DNA from: Candidatus Latescibacterota bacterium
Lineage (GTDB): Bacteria > Latescibacterota > UBA2968 > GCA-2709665
Reading direction: 5' to 3'
NCBI GenBank assembly: GCA_965237675.1
Contig: OZ250150.1
Span: 416,001 to 480,000, forward strand
Length of the DNA stretch: 64,000 nucleotides
Part shown: positions 1-8,330 of the stretch, piece by piece
Position numbering within the stretch: the first letter of the stretch is position 1
Layout: each line of letters opens with the position of its first letter
Translations under genes and position numbers: made by a program
The notes under the pieces: generated by a model
Told to the model about the DNA's origin: nothing
Seen by the model: only the letters and a program-made list of their open reading frames with translations
The model's database searches: none

Positions 1-2094
1 GCCAGCGCCCGTCACCTTCGCGACGCCGCCGTTCTCCCCGGTCCGTGGCGCACCCGGCCGCCGAACATCCGGACCACGGCGAAGCTGACGGTCCCCGCCG
101 GGCTGAACATGAAACTGCGGATCGGATGGATGTACGACTGGTCGGAGGGAATCAACAACGGACGGCTGTCCAGGTACAGCTTCCCGAACATCCTCCGAGG
201 ACCCGGGCGGGATCTCTTCATTCCCGAGGGGTCGGTCGCCGGGACGGAATCCCAGTTGGACAACATGGTCTACGGCGTTCTCACCCATACCGTCAACCCC
301 AGGACGTTCTACGAGGTGAGCGTGTCGCGCTACCGCAGCAGGACCGACACAAGCGGCGTGGGGAATGCAACCACGGCCGTCAGGACGGACAGCGACGGGT
401 TTTTCTACATCGGCCGAGACGACGTTTGGGCCTTCAAGGTCGGTGAACAGAACCGATACAGCGTGAAGGCCGATCTGTCCAGCCAAGTGAATCGCGAACA
501 CTTCGCCAAGACCGGCTTCGAGTTCATGACGTTCAGCAACTGGTGGACGTGGACGGGCATGACGCCCGGCGACGCCAAGCGGGATATCCGTTACATCGGA
601 CAGCCCGAACCGGGCGAGCCCGTGACGCCCAGGCAGTTCAGTGTGTACGTCCAGGACAAGATGGAATTTGAGGGGTTGATCGTCAACGTCGGCCTGCGCT
701 ACGACCGGATGTGGGGTCAGGACGTACAGTTGCTGCCGACGTTCACGTCGGGATGGTACAACGCGATGGATACCTTCATCCAGGCGCCGACCGGGCCCAT
801 GCGGACGATCTCCGGCTGGAGCCCCAGGATGGGAATCTCGCACCCCATTACGTCCAGGTCCAGCTTGCATTTCTTTTACGGCCGATTCATGATGCTCCCC
901 TCCTTCCGGCAACAGTTCGGCAGCCACTGGGAAACGGCTTCGGGGCCGTCGGGCGTTCCGGGCGTGCCGTGGAGTCATTTCAACGCGAAAGACGAAAGCT
1001 ACGGCGCGAACGCTATCAGCCCGGTTTGGGACCACGGTCACCCTACGAACAGTTTTGAGGTAGGCACCGACTGGAACTTCGTGAGCGACTATGTGGCCTC
1101 TCTGGCCGCCTTTTACAAGAGCGGCCACCTGCAGAGCACCGGTCTCTGGCACGACGCCGTCGATCCCGTGACCGGGAGAACAGGCGCCATCGGTGGCACG
1201 TACGGTTCCGAGCGCACGGAGGACGTCAAGGGCTTCGAGTTCAGCATGAGGAAGGGATTCAGCAACCTTTTCTCATTCCGGGCCGCAATGAACCTGGAAT
1301 GGCTGGAAGCCATCCACTGGCTTGGAGATCTGGAGTCTGTCGCGAGTGTCCTCGTCTATCCCGATGCCAGCTTCATCGCCAGCGGAAAGTACCACAAGGA
1401 GTGGCGTGCCGCGGGCGGCCGCAGGGAACCCGTTCCGCTGACAGCCGACGAGATCCGGGAAATCTCCGCCAAGGCCGAAGAGAACCTGCAAAAGGTCAGG
1501 GAAAATCATGAGTTCTTCCTCACCAGCGGTGGCGCCGGCCCGATTCAACCGGCGTGGGAAGCCCCGGGCCTGACGGCCGAAGCCAAGGAATATCTGCAGG
1601 GCATCTGGTTCCAGAAGTTGTGGTTCAGCACCGGGAACATCTTCTCACGCGGGCGCCGCAGCCAGGGCAGTCTGCAGATGTTCTTCTCCTCCCCGCTTGA
1701 CTTTGGCCCGGGCGCCAGGATGGCCGGCACGACGCTCTTTGGCGGCATCAACGCCAACCTGATCTACCGGATCTACACGGGCGGCAAGTTCAATTACATC
1801 AAGCTTACCGGAAACAACACATCGGCGAGGGGTCCGTTGCACACGGAAACCGACTTGAACTTACAGAAGCACTTCCGCTTCGGGAGCTTCAACGCCGATG
1901 TGTTCGTCGAAGTGTTCAACCTGTTCAACCAGCAGGACGCGGCCCGCGTTACCAATACGGACTACATGTGGTGGGGGCTCCAGCAGCCCAGGCCCGACGA
2001 TGCGAACTACCTGAATTACGGGGACTTATCTGACCGCTCGCGCTACATCGGCAATCCCCGGATTACCCACGTGGGGATCAGGTTGAATTTCTGA
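1..2094 (+). CDS. TonB-dependent receptor, C-terminal barrel (5' part outside window)
   Basis: Frame is open from base 1. Motifs YVQDKMEFEGLIVNVGLRYD, SPRMGISHPIT and VFNLFN, and C-terminal ...GNPRITHVGIRLNF ending in an aromatic residue, are typical of TBDR barrels. Confidence 0.85.
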   Translation, partial: ASARHLRDAAVLPGPWRTRPPNIRTTAKLTVPAGLNMKLRIGWMYDWSEGINNGRLSRYSFPNILRGPGRDLFIPEGSVAGTESQLDNMVYGVLTHTVNPRTFYEVSVSRYRSRTDTSGVGNATTAVRTDSDGFFYIGRDDVWAFKVGEQNRYSVKADLSSQVNREHFAKTGFEFMTFSNWWTWTGMTPGDAKRDIRYIGQPEPGEPVTPRQFSVYVQDKMEFEGLIVNVGLRYDRMWGQDVQLLPTFTSGWYNAMDTFIQAPTGPMRTISGWSPRMGISHPITSRSSLHFFYGRFMMLPSFRQQFGSHWETASGPSGVPGVPWSHFNAKDESYGANAISPVWDHGHPTNSFEVGTDWNFVSDYVASLAAFYKSGHLQSTGLWHDAVDPVTGRTGAIGGTYGSERTEDVKGFEFSMRKGFSNLFSFRAAMNLEWLEAIHWLGDLESVASVLVYPDASFIASGKYHKEWRAAGGRREPVPLTADEIREISAKAEENLQKVRENHEFFLTSGGAGPIQPAWEAPGLTAEAKEYLQGIWFQKLWFSTGNIFSRGRRSQGSLQMFFSSPLDFGPGARMAGTTLFGGINANLIYRIYTGGKFNYIKLTGNNTSARGPLHTETDLNLQKHFRFGSFNADVFVEVFNLFNQQDAARVTNTDYMWWGLQQPRPDDANYLNYGDLSDRSRYIGNPRITHVGIRLNF

Positions 2095-2157
2095 CGCGGT
2101 TGAACCCCTCCGGTAACGGAGGGCCCAACCCTGTTGGACATCTTTGAGGAGATCTAG

Positions 2158-4437
2158 GTGATGAAAAAGATTATGGTATGCGGAATCGCATTCTTGGTTC
2201 TCGCCCAGGTGTTTGGCGGCGCCGGGCACGCGGAACTCCGCGTTCAGTCCCGCGCGAAGGTGTGGGATATCTACTGGAATTCAGGCACCCAGGGCGTGCG
2301 CGCCGCAACGCCCATGAGTTGGTACCGACCCGTCGGCCTGGCCTATCCCGGGACCTTCTGGGTGCAGTTCCCGCAGGAATTCGTGGACTACTGGGGCACC
2401 CGACGCTGGGGGGTCCGGTCCGAGTGGGTCGTCTATTACAACGAATTGTGCGGCACGATGCCCGGCTGGAACCAGTTCATCGCGACAAGAGTCGGAGGCG
2501 AATACCACGTCTCCGAATCCAAGGCGACTCTGGAATCCGAAGACGTGGTCCCGATGGCCTACGATCCGTCCCAGGGGCCTGAGATGAATATCGGCTACCG
2601 GAAGGTATCGCCCCTGGGTCCGGTCATGGCCAACTGGTGGTCCGGGCAGCCCGCGCCGGGGCCCGCTTCGCCTGTGGAGATCCACAACTACCGGTACAGC
2701 GAATACATGGAGCCCGACAAAGACAGTTTTCCGGAGAGCACTATCATCAGCAAATGGACCACGCGCAACGGCATCACCGTCACCAAGAAGGCATACGCGT
2801 GGAGCTTCCCCGACTTCGACGATTTCGAGATTCTGGAATACACGTTCGAAAATACCGGAGATTCCGACGGCGACGGCGTGGCCGATCTCGGCGGCGGGGG
2901 GTTGCAACTGAACGATACGTTCCTGATCTTCTCTACCCGCTTCTATACCTCCCAGTGCGGCCAGGCCCACTATGTCGGGGATTCGTTCTTCAGGTACACG
3001 CTGCCGTTAGCTTTGGACGATTGGTACAAATATACGGAGGCGGCCAATTTCGACGGTCCAGGCGCGGCGACGGGGCTCAAGATGTGGTACGCCTATGACG
3101 GGGAGAACCCGGACCTGCCAGGCGAGGACATCGGCAAGCCCTACAGTCAGAACCGCGCCAACCAGAGTTGGCACAGCTGCTGTCTCAAACAAACAAAAGT
3201 GGAGGGCCAGTTGGGGGCCTTCCAGTACGTGGGCGCCGCACCGCTCGCCTACACGCCGGGATCGGTCAACGATCCGTCATCCTTCACCTACGACACCGGA
3301 GGCGATGCGAGCTTCGTGGCGCCACGGGTCGCGGACCAGCCCCACACCGTAAAGTGGTGGGACTACCGGGACCGGACCGATTTCTCGGAACCCGGTTCGG
3401 AGAACAAGAGTTCCGAGCAGATCTATACCGAATTGACGAGTGCGTCGCCCTTCATCCAGGACAATCCCACGGTGGTGGACGGCGTTACGGCTTCGTTCGC
3501 CTATGGACCGTACGACCTGGCCCCCGGGGACAAGGTGAGAATCGTCTACGCCCTGGTGGCGGCCGCCCCGGTGGAGGAGAACATGTGGGGTTGGGCCAAG
3601 CAGGGCAGACAGGAGGACATGTACACGGATAAGGCGATGAACAACCTCCTCAAACACCACAAGGCCGCCGCGGACGCCTTCAGGTGGGGCTACGATCTGC
3701 CCGATCCCCCGCCGGACGTGAAGACTGAGGTAGCCGCTTCGGTCGACGGATTCAACCTGATCAAGTGGACCGACGACGGGGACGACGCGACCGACCCGGA
3801 CTACACCGGCGCAGAGGCCCAGGATATCGTGGGCTATCGAATCTACCGCTCGGACTTCAAGATTGACGACTGGAAGCTCATGGCCGATATTCCGTTGAAG
3901 GATCCGGAGTATTATAGCGGTGGCACCTACCAGGTTGAAGACAGGAAATCCGTGGCGGGTTTTGAATACACCTACCGCGTGGCGGCCTACGACTCGGGCC
4001 ACGACGACTGGAACGGAACGGGGATGGCCATCTCCTCCATGGAGGGCGGGAACAGTTCGCCCGAGCAATGGGTGGGAGGCGTCATGACCAGTGTTCCTTT
4101 CGTACCGGCCAATGCGGCGGCGGACCAGATGCAGCGGGACGTGATCATCGTTCCCAATCCACACAAAGTCGACGGAGCCCACAACTATCCGTCTGCGGGG
4201 CTGATACGGTTTACCAACGTCCCGCAGCGTTGCACGATCAGGATCTACACCGTGGCGGGGGAGCTTGCCGCTGTGATCGAACACAACGATCCCAGCAGGG
4301 GCGAGGCCGGATGGGACCAGATACCCCGCTCGCGCGGCGGGAACGTGCCCTCCGGCGTCTATTACTGGATCGTCGAATCCCAGATGCCGGGAAGCCAGGG
4401 CCAGACACAGTCGGGCACGTTGATGATCATCAAATAG
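2158..4437 (+). CDS. Secreted protein with FN3-like segment and C-terminal T9SS/FlgD-like sorting domain
   Basis: Signal peptide (MKKIMVCGIAFLVLAQVFGGAGHA) and RBS GAGGAG. FN3-like segment PPPDV..IKW..GYRIYRS..YTYRVAAYD. CTD-like tail VVPNP..IRFTNVPQRCTIRIYTVAGEL..WD..SGVYYWIVES..GTLMIIK. Confidence 0.75.
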   Translation: MMKKIMVCGIAFLVLAQVFGGAGHAELRVQSRAKVWDIYWNSGTQGVRAATPMSWYRPVGLAYPGTFWVQFPQEFVDYWGTRRWGVRSEWVVYYNELCGTMPGWNQFIATRVGGEYHVSESKATLESEDVVPMAYDPSQGPEMNIGYRKVSPLGPVMANWWSGQPAPGPASPVEIHNYRYSEYMEPDKDSFPESTIISKWTTRNGITVTKKAYAWSFPDFDDFEILEYTFENTGDSDGDGVADLGGGGLQLNDTFLIFSTRFYTSQCGQAHYVGDSFFRYTLPLALDDWYKYTEAANFDGPGAATGLKMWYAYDGENPDLPGEDIGKPYSQNRANQSWHSCCLKQTKVEGQLGAFQYVGAAPLAYTPGSVNDPSSFTYDTGGDASFVAPRVADQPHTVKWWDYRDRTDFSEPGSENKSSEQIYTELTSASPFIQDNPTVVDGVTASFAYGPYDLAPGDKVRIVYALVAAAPVEENMWGWAKQGRQEDMYTDKAMNNLLKHHKAAADAFRWGYDLPDPPPDVKTEVAASVDGFNLIKWTDDGDDATDPDYTGAEAQDIVGYRIYRSDFKIDDWKLMADIPLKDPEYYSGGTYQVEDRKSVAGFEYTYRVAAYDSGHDDWNGTGMAISSMEGGNSSPEQWVGGVMTSVPFVPANAAADQMQRDVIIVPNPHKVDGAHNYPSAGLIRFTNVPQRCTIRIYTVAGELAAVIEHNDPSRGEAGWDQIPRSRGGNVPSGVYYWIVESQMPGSQGQTQSGTLMIIK

Positions 4438-4496
4438 GGGCAGATCTCTATTTCTGCACGGCTCAGGTCCATACTGAAACTTAAGGAGAGTACACG

Positions 4497-5450
4497 ATGA
4501 AACGAACGTTGTGGATCGGACTGACAGCGGTGGTGATCTGCGCCCTGCTCTATCCACGGGGAGCAGATGCCCAGGATCAGAGGCGGCTCTCGCGGATGGT
4601 CCTTCCCGTACTGAAGATCGATCATGGAGCGCGTATGGCCGGTATGGGAGGTTCGTTTGTGGCCGTATCGGACAATATCGATGCCATCTTTTCAAATGTG
4701 GCCGGGTTGACGCATATCGAGGGGTCCGCGTTCACGCTCGGATACACCCGATGGCTGATGAACGACCACATTCTGAACGGCGGCCTGGCCTTCAAGACCG
4801 GGTACGGGGTTGTGGGTTTGAGCGTGGTCACATTCAGACCCAAGGGGTTCGAGGAGACAACCATTTTTCAGCCCACGGGCACGGGCCGGGAACCGGATAT
4901 GGGCGATCTGTCCCTGGGCGTGGCCTACGCGAAAAAGCTGACGGACAAACTTTCGGTGGGCTCCTTGTTCCGCTGGACCCAGCAGACACTCGATACCGAC
5001 CGTCTGACGGCGTACGACGTAAACGTATCGACGTTTTTCTACACCGGCTTCAAAAGTCTGCGTCTCGGAATGACGTTTGAAAACATGGGCAAGGACGTCA
5101 AGGTGGTTGAAGATGTGAGAAAGATGCCGGTTTCCTTCGGTACGGCGGTCGCAATGGAAATTGTCGGCGCCAAGGGCGACCCGTCGTACCTGACGTTTAC
5201 TGCTGAGAATCACTACGCCACGGATTTCGCCGACCCTCAGTACCGGCTGGGCGGAGAATTCTGGCTCCAGAACAGCTTTGCCCTGCGGGCGGGATACAAG
5301 GTCAACTATGACGAAGAGTCATGGACGCTCGGGGCCGGTTTGAAATTCACGATGGCGGACGGCCGTGTGGTGCAGGCGGATATCGCCTATGGCGATTTCG
5401 GCGCGTACCTGAATGCCCCATTGAGGTTCACGCTGAGCGGGGCGTTCTGA
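4497..5450 (+). CDS. PorV/PorQ-family (UPF0164) outer-membrane beta-barrel
   Basis: Signal peptide, LKIDHGARMAGMGGSFVAVSDNIDAIFSNVAGL motif, alternating beta-strands, terminal F; RBS AAGGAG. Confidence 0.8.
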   Translation: MKRTLWIGLTAVVICALLYPRGADAQDQRRLSRMVLPVLKIDHGARMAGMGGSFVAVSDNIDAIFSNVAGLTHIEGSAFTLGYTRWLMNDHILNGGLAFKTGYGVVGLSVVTFRPKGFEETTIFQPTGTGREPDMGDLSLGVAYAKKLTDKLSVGSLFRWTQQTLDTDRLTAYDVNVSTFFYTGFKSLRLGMTFENMGKDVKVVEDVRKMPVSFGTAVAMEIVGAKGDPSYLTFTAENHYATDFADPQYRLGGEFWLQNSFALRAGYKVNYDEESWTLGAGLKFTMADGRVVQADIAYGDFGAYLNAPLRFTLSGAF

Positions 5451-5472
5451 GTTTTCCGGAACAATCGTGGTT

Positions 5473-5511
5473 AAAGGAAATGGCGGTCCTCAGGGATTGC
5501 CATTTCTTTTT
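5473..5511 (+). terminator. Rho-independent terminator of the TBDR-CTD-PorV operon
   Basis: Hairpin AAAGGAAATGGCGGTCC-TCAG-GGATTGCCATTTCTTT followed by Ts. Confidence 0.75.
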
Positions 5512-5677
5512 AGTGTTCTTTCCCAGAAATAGGTTGCCTAAATTCGGCCGTCGAGTCGCCCGGCTCGCAAGGCGCCAGAGCGCAGGCGACCTGCGTAAGT
5601 TCGGCGAGCGAAGGCAACGCCGCGAGACGGGATGAATCGGCGGGAGAATGGTTAGATATTTTTGGGACAGGACATTA
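5511..5677. mobile_element. MITE-like element (~165 bp) with IS630-like TA ends
   Basis: Imperfect terminal inverted repeats TAGTGTTCTTTCCCAGAAATA / TATTTTTGGGACAGGACATTA around a GC-rich self-complementary core. Confidence 0.55.
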
Positions 5678-5744
5678 GGTGGTGGATTCCATATATTCTA
5701 CCACTATCCGGATCTCGTGACCAACGCGCCTATCGGGGGCTGTC

Positions 5745-6971
5745 GTGGGTCGATTTCGAACGATATGCCAGAAGTGCGATGCGAAACAACAGGATGCCCG
5801 ACTCTTGAATTGTGGTGTCTGCGGGGGTCCACTGGGGTTTCGATACAGCTATGCCGATGTTGCGTGGGACAACCGCTTCGAAGGTTCCATGTGGCGCTAC
5901 TGGCCCCTTCTACCGGTCGACGGCCCGGACGCGGCCGTCACCCTGGGTGAAGGCGGTACGCCTCTGCTGCACGCACGGAGCTTCGAAGGGCGGCAGGTTC
6001 TTCTGAAGGACGAAACCCGCAATCCCACCGGGTCCCATAAGGACCGTTCTCTCTCGGTCGCGATCACACACGGAAAGTCCATTGGCGCGGATGTTTCCGT
6101 TATTGTGTCAACGGGAAGCGCCGGCATCTCCAACGCCGCCCTCGCAGCACGCGCCGGAATGCGCAGCGTGGTGGTCATGGCCGAGGGAACGCCGCCCGAA
6201 CGGCTCTACCCCATGTTCGGCCTCGGCGCCGTGCTTCTCGAGGTGAGTGCACAGATCGACCCGATCGTGGAAGGGGTTATTGCCGTCTGCCGCAGCCAGG
6301 GACTCTATCTGAGCACCACCAGCCGGAACTCCAATCCGTACCAGTCCGAAGGGAATAAGACCATCGCCTACGAGATCGTGGAGGAACTTGGCAGGGCGCC
6401 GGACTGGGTGGTGGTTCCCGTGGGTGGCGGCGGTACGGTTTCGGGTGTCTGGCGGGGGTTCCGGGATTGCCACGCGCTTGGGCTTATTGACTCTCTTCCA
6501 AGGATGATTGGCGTGGTTCCTCGTGACTACAACGCGCTGGAGGTGGCCTTCGAACGCGGGCTGGAACAATGGAAAGAGGTACTGGCGCTGCCCTATGACA
6601 ACCCGCCGCCCTCAATTCTTGTGAAGCTTGCCCACAGCTATCCCCCCGACGGAATGGAAGCCCTCCGGACCCTACGTGCGTCGAGGGGAAATTTCATTTC
6701 CGTCACGGACGAGGAGGCCCTGACGGCCCAGGAATTTTGCGGGCGGCAGGAAGGGCTGTTCGTGGAGCCGTCCACCGGTGCCTGCCTGGCCGGCACAGCC
6801 CGGCTGTTGGATTCGGGACGTGTGGATCCAGGGGATCTCGTGGTTGCCGTCGTGAGCGGTTCCGGGTATCGCGAGACTGCCTGCACCATGGCCTCGCGCC
6901 CCCTGAAGAAGCAGGCAATATCGATCGAGGAACTGTCCGGCACCCTTGCGGGCTTTGCCGGGTCCGGGTGA
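5745..6971 (+). CDS. Threonine synthase-like PLP-dependent enzyme
   Basis: N-terminal CxxC..CxxCGG, TLGEGGTPL, NPTGSHKDR (PLP lysine), EGNKTIAYEI, VPVGGGG, EPSTG. Confidence 0.85.
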   Translation: MGRFRTICQKCDAKQQDARLLNCGVCGGPLGFRYSYADVAWDNRFEGSMWRYWPLLPVDGPDAAVTLGEGGTPLLHARSFEGRQVLLKDETRNPTGSHKDRSLSVAITHGKSIGADVSVIVSTGSAGISNAALAARAGMRSVVVMAEGTPPERLYPMFGLGAVLLEVSAQIDPIVEGVIAVCRSQGLYLSTTSRNSNPYQSEGNKTIAYEIVEELGRAPDWVVVPVGGGGTVSGVWRGFRDCHALGLIDSLPRMIGVVPRDYNALEVAFERGLEQWKEVLALPYDNPPPSILVKLAHSYPPDGMEALRTLRASRGNFISVTDEEALTAQEFCGRQEGLFVEPSTGACLAGTARLLDSGRVDPGDLVVAVVSGSGYRETACTMASRPLKKQAISIEELSGTLAGFAGSG

Positions 6972-7103
6972 ACGGCCCGGGCTTCCCATCCTCAATTGAC
7001 CGAGTCGCCAGAATGGAACACCGGACAGGCATGCGCGGCGGCGAACGTGTTTAATCTGGACAATTCACAAAAAAGGTAGTTTCCTTACTCAAGTCAATGA
7101 GAA

Positions 7104-7128
7104 GGGCAGACAGGAGTGTCTGCCCCAC
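7104..7128. repeat. REP-like palindrome
   Basis: GGGCAGACA-GGAG-TGTCTGCCC followed by CAC; related copy at 37909-37933. Confidence 0.6.
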
Positions 7129-7267
7129 ATTCACACACGCTTCCTCAACGGCTCCACAAGCCATTGTGCGGGGTTGAGATGATTGATTCGCGAATAAGGC
7201 AGAAAATCCAATCCACCTGTCCTGCCGGGAAGTGGCGCGGCTCGACTCTGGCCGAGGGACTGAATGC

Positions 7268-8290
7268 ATGTTCATGCATCGTGCGAAATGGCAGCGTAGC
7301 GAGCAGCCGGTTCTGTCTGCCCTGACCACCCGACAGGACTGGTCCCGGGTTGAACTCTACAATCCGACGGTGGTCCGCGTCGAGGACAGGTACATGATGT
7401 GGTACATCGGCAACAGTACCGCCACCCGTACAGACGATACGAAACTGGGCTTTGCCACGTCGGACGACGGGATCCACTGGGACGAGCATCCGGACAACCC
7501 CATCCTGACTGGCGCCCACCTGCCCGCCTGCGACGCCTGGCAGACCCCGCACGTAATATTCGACGCGGACGAGGGCCTGTTCAAGATGTGGTTCATCATG
7601 TCGACCGTCGTGCGGGGCGGGCCAACCTGGCTCATCAGCTTCACTCAACAGTTGGGTTACGCTTCAAGCCGCGACGGTCTGGGATGGGACGTCCATCCCG
7701 AGCCAATTTACCCCAGCGGGCGGCGGCCGTGTGTGATCAAGGACGGTCCGGGCGCCTACCGGATGTGGATGAACTCATCGCCGACGCCCGACGGTAGCTT
7801 CGACGATCTGGTCCGGCACATCTATCGATTCGAATCCACCGACGGCATCGATTGGACGCGGGACCCTGAACCTGTCGTGAGCTTCAACGAGAAGCTCAGG
7901 GGCACGATCTATCCTTTCGTTATGCGGGACGGCGACGGATATATCATGTGGTACGGCGGCTGGCCCGCCGAAGGCGAAGTGGTGATCGACGCGGGTTCCG
8001 ACGCACCCCTGGTTCGCCCCGTGTTCGAAATATACTGTTCGACGTCCGCCGATGGCCTGAATTGGACCCACCACCAGGACACGCCCGCCCTGCCGGCGAC
8101 GCGCAATCCCGTCGACTACGACGGGCGGTATACCTCCACGCCGTGTGTCGTCGACGGCGGGGACCGCTACCTGATGTACTATTCCGCCAGGGACTGGGGT
8201 ACCCTCTATAGAACCGGAGCGGACACGCTGGGCATCGATAAAGCCGGAATCTATCGTCACATCGGCGTGGCCGTGTGCCCCAGGACTTGA
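7268..8290 (+). CDS. Five-bladed beta-propeller glycosidase-like protein (GH43/GH32/GH130-type fold)
   Basis: Repeated P-x-V...Y-x-MWY...GFATSDDGIHW...HPDNPIL blades; paralogue at 12578. Confidence 0.75.
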   Translation: MFMHRAKWQRSEQPVLSALTTRQDWSRVELYNPTVVRVEDRYMMWYIGNSTATRTDDTKLGFATSDDGIHWDEHPDNPILTGAHLPACDAWQTPHVIFDADEGLFKMWFIMSTVVRGGPTWLISFTQQLGYASSRDGLGWDVHPEPIYPSGRRPCVIKDGPGAYRMWMNSSPTPDGSFDDLVRHIYRFESTDGIDWTRDPEPVVSFNEKLRGTIYPFVMRDGDGYIMWYGGWPAEGEVVIDAGSDAPLVRPVFEIYCSTSADGLNWTHHQDTPALPATRNPVDYDGRYTSTPCVVDGGDRYLMYYSARDWGTLYRTGADTLGIDKAGIYRHIGVAVCPRT

Positions 8291-8330
8291 TGTGTCGTCC
8301 ACAACAGTCCGTTGAAAAAGGGGAGAACGA

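Noticed and set aside
5745-6971. Assigning the thrC symbol
   Set aside because: The family is clear, but there is no hom/thrB context and some motifs diverge (STGSAG); it may be a paralogue with another substrate.
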